DNA of 11,429 nt, taken from positions 1-11,429 of the forward strand of contig CAWAMW010000009.1 in the NCBI GenBank assembly GCA_963783305.1. Reading direction: 5' to 3'. Source of the stretch: an uncultured Gemmatimonadales bacterium (GTDB lineage: Bacteria > Gemmatimonadota > Gemmatimonadetes > Longimicrobiales > RSA9). The translations under genes were made by a program, and so were the position numbers. The notes under the pieces were generated by a model, which saw only the letters and a program-made list of their open reading frames with translations, made no database searches and had not been told where the DNA came from. Positions within the stretch are counted from its first letter, which is position 1. The number at the start of each line of letters is the position of its first letter. Shown here piece by piece: positions 1 to 8,320 of the stretch.

Positions 1-547
1 CGGCTCTTGTCCCACCGCATGCACTTGGTGCGGGACGGCGTTGTGACTCCCGAGCAAGACGTGCGAGAGTCCGATCCGTGCCCGACCCGACTTGGTGACC
101 CGAGGGCGCTTCGGCGAGCACCTGGAGCCGTTTCTCGACCAGTTCGGACGCCAAGCCCTCGTTGTCCTCTTGCAGGAGGACATTGCGGCCCGCCCGTATG
201 ACGTGCTTCGGGAACTCTATGGCGTCTTCAACGTGGCCCCCGACTTTACCCCGCCCGGCTCGGGAAGCAGGTGGTCAGCAAGGGCATTGTCCCCCGGATC
301 CAGTTCCTGGAGGACCTGCGCCGGGGCATTTATCTCCTCGCTTCGGGAGAGCCCGGTGCCAGGACTAACAACCTTGGTTCACCGGTCACCGCTGCCACGC
401 ATTGACCGCCGTTTCAACGGCGCGCGGTCTGAAAGGGGGTCGGATGCCGAGCTGCGGCGGGAGCTCTGGTCGTGCTTCGAGGCCGACGTGATCCGCCTGG
501 AGTTCCTGCGCGCTCCCTCCCTGCTCAATCGTTGGGCACCCCAATGA
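1..547 (+). CDS. Sulfotransferase (Sulfotransfer_1/3-like), 3' part, 5'-truncated by the window, with apparent frameshifts
   Basis: Frame 1 begins RLLSHRMHLVRDG, resembling the tail of the 3'-PB motif (R-x-x-S-x-Y-x-H). After a shift near 90 it reads RGRFGEHLEPFLDQFGRQALVVLLQEDIAARPYDVLRELYGVFNV and ends LRRELWSCFEADVIRLE, typical of sulfotransferase C-termini. A probable compensating pair of shifts at ~258/~333 gives LGKQVVSKGIVPRIQFLEDLRRGIY. TGA 545-547 overlaps the next ATG (ATGA). Confidence 0.7.
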
Positions 548-1481
548 GCGCTCTATTCCCGGAGGGCCGCCGGTTCGCGTTCACCATCGTCGATGACACG
601 GACAACAGCACCGTGGAGAACGAAGAACCCATCTCAACGACTTACTCCACCGCTTGGGCCTCCGGACGACCAAGACCACTTGGGTCTATCCGCCCCGCGA
701 CTCGTTTACCGGTCAGTCACTCGCCGACGATCACTACCGTCGCTTCGTCCTCGACCTCCACGACCGCGGCTTCGAGATCGCGCTTCACAACGTCGGGTCC
801 GGACACTTTACCCGGGAGGAAATCCTCGCCGGCCTCGATCGCTATCGCGATATCCTCGGTGAGTATCCGCGCATCAACATCAATCACGCCAGCAACCCCG
901 ACAACCTGTATCTGGGCGGCGAACGCTTCGTACCACCGCTACGCTGGCTATATCGCCTCTACTGGCGCCTCAAGCGCCGTCGGCCTTGCCGCGGCGAGGA
1001 CCCCCGTTCTGATGTCTTCTGGGGGGATTTCGTGAAGCAACACATTCGATACATCCGGGGCCTGACGTTCGGCGACATTGATCTCCGGCGCCGTGACCCG
1101 CTTGTCTCCTATCGAATGCCGGGCACGGAGCCATGGTCCAACCTGTGGTTTGAGCGGCTGCGACGGGCATACCGGGCGCGAATTCACCGATTTGCTTCGG
1201 CCGGATGCCCTCGACCGGCTTGAGCGGGATGGCGGGAATCTGCATCGTCTATACACATTTCGCCTCCGGCTTCGTCCGAGGCGGCTCCGTCGACGGAGCA
1301 TTCGAGGATCGGCTCCGCGATCTGGCGATGAGGCCGGGGCTGGTTTGTGCCCGCCGGTACGCTCCTCGACCGCCTTACCGAAGGTCGGGACGGTGCGGCG
1401 CCGGGGTACGGCTATCTGCTACGTCGGGACCTTCGGTGGTTGGCCGACCGTGTCAGGAAGAAACTCGTGTTCGGGCGCTAG
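544..1481 (+). CDS. Uncharacterised polysaccharide deacetylase-like (NodB/CE4-type barrel) protein, reconstructed across about 4 frameshifts
   Basis: Stitched: MSALFPEGRRFAFTIVDDTDNSTVEN.. / DLLHRLGLRTTKTTWVYP..GFEIALHNVGSG..NINHASNPDNLY..WSNLWF / SGCDGH..LDRLERDGG / ICIVYTHFASGF..LAMRPG / WFVPAGTLLDRL..KKLVFGR*. Shifts at ~634, ~1152, ~1237, ~1338; stop TAG 1479-1481. T-x-x-DD, EIALH and YTH resemble CE4 motifs 1, 2 and 5. Confidence 0.65.
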
Positions 1482-1489
1482 GGGAAGAG

Positions 1490-2740
1490 ATGAATAGCAG
1501 ATCACGACTTCGGGTCGCCATCGTCAACCAGTTTGCGATCCCGCCGACAGAAGCAGGCGGCACGCGACACCACAGCCTGGCCAGGGCCCTGCTGGCCAGA
1601 GGCCATGAGGTGGTCATCATCGCCGGGAGCCGGAACTACGCCACCGCCGTGGAGCGCATCGGAGACGGCAAGGCGGTGCGCAGCCAGGAGGTCGAGGGGG
1701 TCCGGTACATCTGGCTCCGCACACCCCGCTTCTCGGGGGGGCTTGCGTCTCGCGCCCGCGGGATGGTGACGTTCGCCCGCAGAGTCGCATCCTTCCGCGA
1801 CCCATTCGAGGGTGCCGGGACCATGTGGTGATCGTTCTAGCCCGCCGCCCTTTGCGGCTTGGGCCGCCGGGCGTCTGGCCGGACGCCTGGACGCCCGCTT
1901 CGTCCTTGAGGTGCGGGACCTGTGGCCGGAGACCCTCGTCCACCTCGGCCGATTCTCTCGACGCAATCCCCTGATCCGTCTCATGTTCAGGCTCGAGCGG
2001 CACCTCTACCGTAGTGCAGAGCAGGTGATCACCCTCCTTCCTGGCTCGCAGTCCTACATCGCTGACCGCGGCGGCATCCCCCAAACCCGTGTGCATTGGA
2101 TCCCTAACGGCGTTGACCTCGGCATTGCAGGGCCCGCAACGCCGCCACCTGGGGACGACCCCATGGAAATATGCTACACCGGCGCCCACGGCCTTGCCAA
2201 TGCCCTCGAGGTGGTGCTCGACGCGGCCGCGCTACTTCAAGCGGACAATGGGATGACCGCGTCCGATTCCGCTTCGTTGGTGAAGGCCCAGCCCGCACTG
2301 CCTTAATGGACGACGCCCGTCGGCGCGGCCTCTCCATGGTTCACTTCGACCCGCCAGTTCCCAAAGACCGCGTCTATGACGTCGTCAAGGAAGCCGACGC
2401 CGGTGTCATCGTATTCCGGGACTCGCCTCTCTACCGCCACGGTGTCAGTCCCGACAAGATCTTCGACTACCTCGCCGCTGCACGGCCAGTCCTCTTCGGA
2501 TCCAACGCGGAGTGAAATATTGTCGATCTTGCCCGTGCCGGTATCACGGTCGCGCCCGAGAACGCGGAAGCCCTTGCCACCGGTATTCGCGCCCTCTACG
2601 AGGCCGGACCTGCGAAACGGGAGGCGATGGGCCGCCGGGGCAGGGAGTACATAGAGGCGCACCACTCCATTGCGCAGTTAGGCGAGGTTATGGACCGCGT
2701 TCTGGCGGGACCCCACGCCGCTGCCGCGGAAAAGCCATGA
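1490..2740 (+). CDS. GT4 family glycosyltransferase (WbuB/CapM-like), with frameshifts and one in-frame TGA
   Basis: ATG 1490 after [48 protein letters not shown], then [39 protein letters not shown], then [24 protein letters not shown]. After TGA 2513-2515 the same frame continues [38 protein letters not shown] (TGA 2738-2740, ATGA overlap). Shifts at ~1815-1835 and ~2245. Confidence 0.85.
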
Positions 2741-3342
2741 TCGGCGCCGCTCTGAAGCGGGCGCTCGACCTGTTCGCCGCCGCGCTCGGGATCGTCGCGC
2801 TCATCCCCGGGATGGCATTAGTCGCAGTCGCCATCGCCGCCGACATGGTAGGCCAGTTCTCTTCCGCCAGCACCGGCCGGGTCTCCACGGGCGCCCGTTC
2901 ACTCTTCTGAAGTTCCGTACCATGCGGAACGCCGCCGACGGGGAGGGCCGGCCGCTCGCCGACGGGGAGAGACTGACTCGCCTCGGACGGTTCCTGCGTA
3001 GCACCTCCCTCGACGAGCTACCCACCCTCTGGAATGTTCTTCGCGGTGACATGAGCTTGGTTGGCCCCCGGCCGCTGCTCATGGAATACCTGCCGCTGTA
3101 CAACGAGGAGCAGCGCAGACGCCATGAGGTGAGGCCGGGGATCACCGGACTGGCACAAGCGCGGGGCCGCAATGCACTCTCGTGGCAGGAGAAGTTCGCA
3201 CTGGATATCGAATACGTGGAGAACCAGTCACTGGCTCTCGATCTAAAGATCCTGGCGCTGACGCTGAAGAAGGTTGTGGCGCGGAGGGGATTCGCAGCCG
3301 GGCCAGGTGACCATGGAGAAGTTTCGTGGCAATCAGAGCTGA
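2737..3342 (+). CDS. pglC: Monotopic undecaprenyl-phosphate phosphoglycosyl transferase (PglC/EpsL-like sugar transferase)
   Basis: [18 protein letters not shown]..; after a shift at ~2848: [86 protein letters not shown]. Likely true C-terminus ..[13 protein letters not shown] (TGA 3340-3342) needs a shift near 3285-3295; the uncorrected ORF ends at 3353. Confidence 0.88.
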
Positions 3343-3980
3343 TCGGCTGTTGATCTGGGGGGCAGGAGGTCACGGCAAGGTAGTCGCAGACCTCGCCCGG
3401 AGTTGCGGCATTAATGTCGTCGGACTCGTCGATCGAGACCCCGCAAAGCAGGGGCGGGTGGTGGAGCCCGGCGGTGCCCGGGTGGTTGTGAGCGAGGCGC
3501 AGCTAACGAGCTGCGCCTCGCGGGGACCGCCCTCCCGGAGGGCGCCACTGCCGTAGTGATTGCAGTCGGGGACAACGAGGCGCGGCAGCAAGCGGCGGCC
3601 AGTGTAGGCGAATGGCTGTCCGAGGCGCTGGTCCACCCCGTGGCCGTTGTCAGTCCTTCGGCCGCTCTCGGGCCGGGCACCGTGGTGTTCGCGACCGTCG
3701 TTGTGAACGCCGGCGCGACGGTCGGAGCCGGCGCCATACTGAACAGTGGGGCCATCTGGAACACGACTGCATCGTCGGGGAATTCACCCACATATCGCCG
3801 GGGGCGGTACTGGCTGGCGGGGCCACTGTTGGAAACGGCACCTGGGTGGGGGCGGGCGCGGTCGTCCTGGAGGGGCGCAAGGTGGGCCCTCGCTGCTTGG
3901 TGGGGGCAGGCGCCGTCGTCGTGAAGAATGTTCCCGCCGATACAATTGTGGCCGGAGTTCCTGCCCGCCGTCTTCGCTGA
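3326..3980 (+). CDS. pglD: Sugar N-acetyltransferase, NeuD/PglD/EpsM family (hexapeptide-repeat beta-helix), 2 frameshifts
   Basis: GTG start, [15 protein letters not shown]; after a shift at ~3508 [40 protein letters not shown]; after a shift at ~3756 [38 protein letters not shown]. The EH dyad matches the catalytic motif of PglD. Confidence 0.85.
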
Positions 3981-4007
3981 TTTAGCTGCACCCTACCGAG
4001 GAGCCCA

Positions 4008-5194
4008 ATGTCGAGCCCTGATCGCGTCTACCTTTCGCCACCCCACATGTCAGGCGCCGAGCGCGCCCGTGTGGCGGAGGCTTTCGATTCCAACTGGATT
4101 GCTCCCCTCGGGCCTCACGTCGACGCGTTCGAGACGGAACGGCCGCCGTGGTGGAAGTGAGGGCCGCCGCGGCGGTGACGTCGGGTACGGCGGCGCTGCA
4201 CCTGGCGCTCCGGCTCGCCGGCGTGGGACCGGGCGACGACGTTCTCGTTTCGACCCTGACGTTCGCCGCCAGCGTCTATCCGGTCCGCTACCTCGGCGCG
4301 CGGCCCGTCTTCATCGACGCAGAGCGGCGGTCCTGGAACCTGGACCCGGGGCTCGTTGTGGATACGATCGAGGCGAGGGCTCGTGCGGGGCGAACGCCCC
4401 GAGCCATTATACCAGTCCATCTCTACGGCCAGGCCGCGGACATGGACCCGATCCTCGAGGTATGCGAAAGACACGGCGTGGCCGTGATCGAGGACGCTGC
4501 CGAGGCCCTGGGCTCCTCCTACAGAGGCCGACCTCCCGGATCAATGGGTCGGTTCGGCGTGTTCTCATTCAACGGCAACAAGATCATTACGACCTCGGGC
4601 GGCGGCATGCTTGTCTCCGATGACGAGGAGGCGATCGCCCATGCCCGCAAACTGGCGACGCAGGCCCGGGACCAGGCGCCGCACTACCAGCACTCGGAGA
4701 TCGGGTACAACTACCGGATGAGCAACGTGCTGGCCGGGATCGGCCGTGCCCAACTGGAGCACCTTGAGAATCGTGTTCGCGCCCGCCGCGCCAATTTCGA
4801 CTACTATCGTAATGCCCTCGGCGACCTTCCCGGCGTTGAGTTCATGCCGGAGGCCGACTGGGGCAGACACACACGCTGGCTGACTACGCTGACTATCGAT
4901 CCCGCGGTGTTCGGGGCCGATCGGGAGACCGTGCGGCTCGCTTTGGAAGCCGAGAACATCGAGGCGCGCCCCGTGTGGAAGCCCATGCACTTCCAGCCGG
5001 TCTTCCGCGATTTCGAAGCCGTCGGCGGTAGGGTGGCCGAGGACATTTTCGAGCGCGGCCTGTGCCTCCCTTCAGGATCCGATCTGAACGAGTCTACGCT
5101 GGAACGGGTGGTGAGGACGGTTATCTCAGTTCGAAAGTCGTTAGCAGTGCACCGCACTACTTCCCTTGGAAGACTGCGGACGCCGGCTACTTAA
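4008..5194 (+). CDS. pglE: DegT/DnrJ/EryC1/StrS PLP-dependent sugar aminotransferase (PglE/EpsN-like), one frameshift near 4140
   Basis: SD-like GAGGAG 3998-4003, ATG 4008: [37 protein letters not shown] / [46 protein letters not shown] (PLP lysine, PglE-type)..[30 protein letters not shown]. Confidence 0.92.
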
Positions 5195-5220
5195 CCTGAG
5201 TTGCTCCCTTCGCCAGGTAT

Positions 5221-5250
5221 GGAGTCGGTGCGGCCGCACAGCACGACTCC
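5221..5250 (+). promoter_or_regulatory. GC-rich stem-loop downstream of the aminotransferase gene (possible terminator, stabiliser or leader element)
   Basis: GGAGTC-G-GTGC (5221-5231) pairs with GCAC-GACTCC (5241-5250): 10 bp with a 1-nt bulge and a 9-nt loop. No U-tract follows, so it is not a canonical intrinsic terminator. Confidence 0.4.
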
Positions 5251-5387
5251 CCGGACGCCACGGGCCGTCTCTAGCGTGCACCTCCGCACCGTCTTACGCT
5301 CATCGGCTCGGACCTCCAACCGCGGGCGCGGGTAAGACGCGACTGGTCTTTCCACGAAACGAAGCCGCAGCCAGAAGAAGCGCATAC

Positions 5388-5993
5388 ATGCTCGAGACCC
5401 TGAAGGAGACCTTCAACAATCTCTTCGGCACCCGTCACGATCGGGAGGTGGCGAAGCTCCAGCCGCTGGTCGATGAGATCAACGGCCACGCGGAGCGGCT
5501 CCAGTCGGTTTCGGAGGAGGAGCTGAAGGCGCAGACGGAGAAGTTCCGGGGCATCATCCGGGATCGGACGCACGCGCTGGAGGAGGAGCTGGCGACGCTC
5601 CGGGAGACGAAGCGGAAGACGGAGGACGCGGGGGAGCGGGACCGTCTGAACCGTGAGATCAACGAGACCGACGACCGTCTGAAGGCCACCACGGGCGAGG
5701 TGCTGGACGAGCTGCTGCCGGAGGCGTTCGCGACGGTGAAGGAGGCCACGCGTCGTCTGATGGGTCAGGAGATCACGTTCACGGGCACGCGCGCCACGTG
5801 GGACATGGTCCCGTACGACGTGCAGCTCATCGGCGGGATCGCGCTGCACCAGGGGAAGGCGGCGGAGATGGCCACGGGTGAGGGGAAGACCCTGGTGGCC
5901 ACCATGCCGCTCTACCTGAACGCGCTGCCTGGCCGGGGCGCCCACCTGGTCGTCCCTGCCATCAACGAGGCTGGGGGTTGGCCGCTGATGTGA
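5388..5993 (+). pseudogene. secA: Preprotein translocase subunit SecA, N-terminal fragment only (188 SecA codons plus a 13-aa unrelated tail)
   Basis: [38 protein letters not shown]-like segment ([14 protein letters not shown])..[64 protein letters not shown]. The expected TVNDYLA continuation is absent in all three forward frames; stop TGA 5991-5993. Confidence 0.93.
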
Positions 5994-6237
5994 TTCGCCT
6001 CAGGACCTCACTTCGTACTTTGCGGAGCCCCGCTCGGCCGGTTGCCGTATCCCCCCCTCCGCTGTAATCCACGACTGGCCCCTCTGCCCCTCCGACCTTA
6101 CGCTTATCGCCGAGTCGACCACCGCTCCTCTATCCGACCCGGGATGCACCTCCATCAGCTGACCAGAGACCTGCGACGTCGCATCGCATCCAGCGGCCCA
6201 GGGGCCGGGGCTGCGGGCGGAGCTGCTCCGGGGGTCG

Positions 6238-7488
6238 ATGGGCGTGGGGGCGCTCCGCTTCCTCTCCCTCCCGCTGGCGTTCCTCGCGTCGATCGTGCTG
6301 GCCCGTGGGCTGGGGCCGGCCGGGTACGGTCGGTACGCCTTCGTGATGGCGGTGGCCACGCTGCTGGCGATCCCGATCTCGCGGGGGCTGCCGCAGCTGC
6401 TCACACGGGAGGTGTCGCTGTACGCCCAGGGGGAGCAGTGGGGGCTGTTCCGTGGGCTTCTGAGGCGCGCGCACCAGTGGGTGGCGGTGGGCTGCGTGAT
6501 CCTGGGCGGCTCGGTGGCGGCGCTGGCCGTGAGCAGGGCCACCTGGAGTATCGATGACCGCTGGACCCTGCTGCTGATCGGGCTGATCCTGTTGCCGTTG
6601 ATCGGGCTGAACGCCGTGAGGACGGGGGCGCTGAGCGGGCTCGGCCGGGTGGTGGTCGCACAGCTGCCCGAGGCGCTGGTGGCGCCCGGCTTTCACCTGG
6701 TGGCGCTCCTCCTGCTGATCCTGTTGGGCTTGCTGAACACGGCCACCGCGCTGGGGAGCATGACCCTGGCGACCGCCGCCGCGTTTCTCGTCGGGGCCGG
6801 CCTGCTCCGACGGGCGCGGCCGCCGGAGCTGGATTGGGCCCGCACCGCCTACCGGGACGCGCAGTGGGCTCGGGCGTGGCTGCCGTTCACGCTGCTCATC
6901 GCCGCGAGCGTGCTGAACGCCGAGCTGGGGATCCTGCTGCTGGGGTGGCTCGGTACGGATGAGCAGATCGGCGCGCTGCGGGTGGCGGATCGAGGGGCAC
7001 AGATGGTGGCCCTGTCCCTCGGCGTCGTGAATTCCGTGATCGCCCCGCACATCGCCCGGGCGCACCGGGAGGGGGCGCAGCATCGGCTGCAGGTGCTGTC
7101 GCGCAACTCTGCGCGTGGAGCGCTGCTGTTCGCGGTCCCCATCGCTCTCCCCATGATCCTGTTCGGTGCCCCGATCATCCGGGTGCTGTTCGGGACGGAG
7201 TACGTCGCGCTGGGGGTGGTGCCGCTGGCGCTGCTGGCGGGGGCGCAACTCGTCAATGTCGCCTTCGGGTCGGTGGGGACGTTCCTGACCATGAGCGGGT
7301 ACGAGCGGGACACGCTGTTGGGCCAGGCCATTGCTCTGGCCGTGAACGCGGGCAGCGGTCTGATCCTGATCCCGCGGTTCGGCGCCTCGGGCGCGGCCGC
7401 GGCCGCGGCCGCAGGCCTCGTCACCTGGAACGTGGCTCTCGGTCTGCAGTTCGTGCGTCGCCTCGGCCTCAGGCCCGGTGCCCTGTGA
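6238..7488 (+). CDS. wzx: Polysaccharide flippase (Wzx / MOP superfamily)
   Basis: Many hydrophobic segments; LARGLGPAGYGRYAFVMA..GLPQLLTREVS; LLLGWLGTDEQIGALRVA; VIAPHIAR; LFGTEY; LTMSGYER; LILIPRFGASGAA. The true start may be ATG 6144 (MHLHQLTRDLRRRI) joined by a frameshift near 6190 to GLRAELLRGSMG. Confidence 0.88.
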   Translation: MGVGALRFLSLPLAFLASIVLARGLGPAGYGRYAFVMAVATLLAIPISRGLPQLLTREVSLYAQGEQWGLFRGLLRRAHQWVAVGCVILGGSVAALAVSRATWSIDDRWTLLLIGLILLPLIGLNAVRTGALSGLGRVVVAQLPEALVAPGFHLVALLLLILLGLLNTATALGSMTLATAAAFLVGAGLLRRARPPELDWARTAYRDAQWARAWLPFTLLIAASVLNAELGILLLGWLGTDEQIGALRVADRGAQMVALSLGVVNSVIAPHIARAHREGAQHRLQVLSRNSARGALLFAVPIALPMILFGAPIIRVLFGTEYVALGVVPLALLAGAQLVNVAFGSVGTFLTMSGYERDTLLGQAIALAVNAGSGLILIPRFGASGAAAAAAAGLVTWNVALGLQFVRRLGLRPGAL

Positions 7489-7495
7489 GGTCGCG

Positions 7496-8320
7496 ATGAT
7501 CATAAGCGACGCCCACCAGCTCGCCTTCGTCCACATCCCGAAGTGCGGCGGCACGGCGGTGCGGGCCCGACTGGCGCCCCTCGATGACACGGGCGGAGCG
7601 TTCACGCGGCGCGTGGACACGCACCCGGAGCTGGGGCGGATCGACTACGTGCACATCCCGCTCTTCATCCTGGCGGATCACTTTCCCGATACGTACGAGA
7701 AGGTCCTGCGATACGCCACGTACGCGGTGGTCCGCGATCCCTACGACCGCTTCCCGTCCTCCCTGGCGCAGCACCTGAGGATGTATGGCGGGAGGGCGAT
7801 GCACGAGCTGTCGGTGCGCGAGCTGAGGCGGTCGATGGACGAGGTGATGCGCGGGCTGGCGAGGCACCGCTCGAACGGGCGCTACCTTCCGCATCAGTAC
7901 ATCCATTTCCAGCCCCAGGTGGATTATGTTCGACACGGCGGCCGGACGGCGATCGACTTCCTGTACGACGTGGGGGACGTGGACATCCTGATCGAGGACA
8001 TCGGCGCGCGGGTCGGGCAGCCGCTCCCGGAAGACCCCGCTGGACCCGCGGAGAGAAGCAATGCGAGCATGGTCTATCGCAGCGATGCCGCTCGGATCCT
8101 GATGCAGGCGCTTCGCCCTCTGGCCCGCGCCGCGCTGCCTCGTCGCGTCCTCGACCCGCTGGAGGCCCGGATGAGCGCCGCCCTCCGCGTTCCCCGACAG
8201 AAGCGGTTCGAACACCTATTTCTGTCGGAGCACGTCCGGGACTTCGTCGGCGATTATTACGCCGACGACCTGGAGCTTTTCGCGACGATCACGTCCCCCC
8301 GAACCGGCGGGCGCGAGTGA
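7496..8320 (+). CDS. Sulfotransferase family 2 domain protein
   Basis: SD-like GAGGT 7487-7491, ATG 7496. MIISDAHQLAFVHIPKCGGTAV (5'-PSB motif), VVRDPYDRFPS (3'-PB motif), HFQPQVDY, and C-terminal YYADDLELF. Confidence 0.85.
   Translation: MIISDAHQLAFVHIPKCGGTAVRARLAPLDDTGGAFTRRVDTHPELGRIDYVHIPLFILADHFPDTYEKVLRYATYAVVRDPYDRFPSSLAQHLRMYGGRAMHELSVRELRRSMDEVMRGLARHRSNGRYLPHQYIHFQPQVDYVRHGGRTAIDFLYDVGDVDILIEDIGARVGQPLPEDPAGPAERSNASMVYRSDAARILMQALRPLARAALPRRVLDPLEARMSAALRVPRQKRFEHLFLSEHVRDFVGDYYADDLELFATITSPRTGGRE

Noticed and set aside
2513..2515. In-frame TGA in the GT4 gene as selenocysteine or recoded stop
   Set aside because: TGA is the normal stop for most genes here, the site is not a redox or catalytic position, no evident SECIS hairpin follows, and the region is error-rich. 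A base error or nonsense mutation is more likely.
544..4150. Programmed frameshifting or phase-variable homopolymer tracts
   Set aside because: The breaks are too many and sit in 2-4 nt runs or non-repetitive sequence; no long tracts or slippery heptamers were seen.
5166..5387. 74-aa N-terminal extension of SecA from TTG 5166
   Set aside because: It overlaps the aminotransferase 3' end and has no protein-like signal; SecA homology starts at ATG 5388.
5388..5993. Accessory SecA2/SecY2 glycoprotein export system
   Set aside because: No secY2, asp or serine-rich repeat genes are in the window, and the fragment lacks most SecA domains.
6042..6070. Sigma70 promoter TTGCCG..TGTAAT/TAATCC
   Set aside because: The spacer is 15 bp to TGTAAT, or 17 bp to a poor -10; too weak to call.
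7388..7415. GCGGCC-type tandem repeat
   Set aside because: It encodes the poly-Ala stretch of a flippase transmembrane helix.
6130..7620. 496-aa minus-strand ORF, the 407-aa plus-strand ORF at 10136-11359 and other long alternative-frame ORFs
   Set aside because: Shadow ORFs of real genes in GC-rich DNA with few stop codons; Arg/Pro/Gly-rich with no recognisable motifs.
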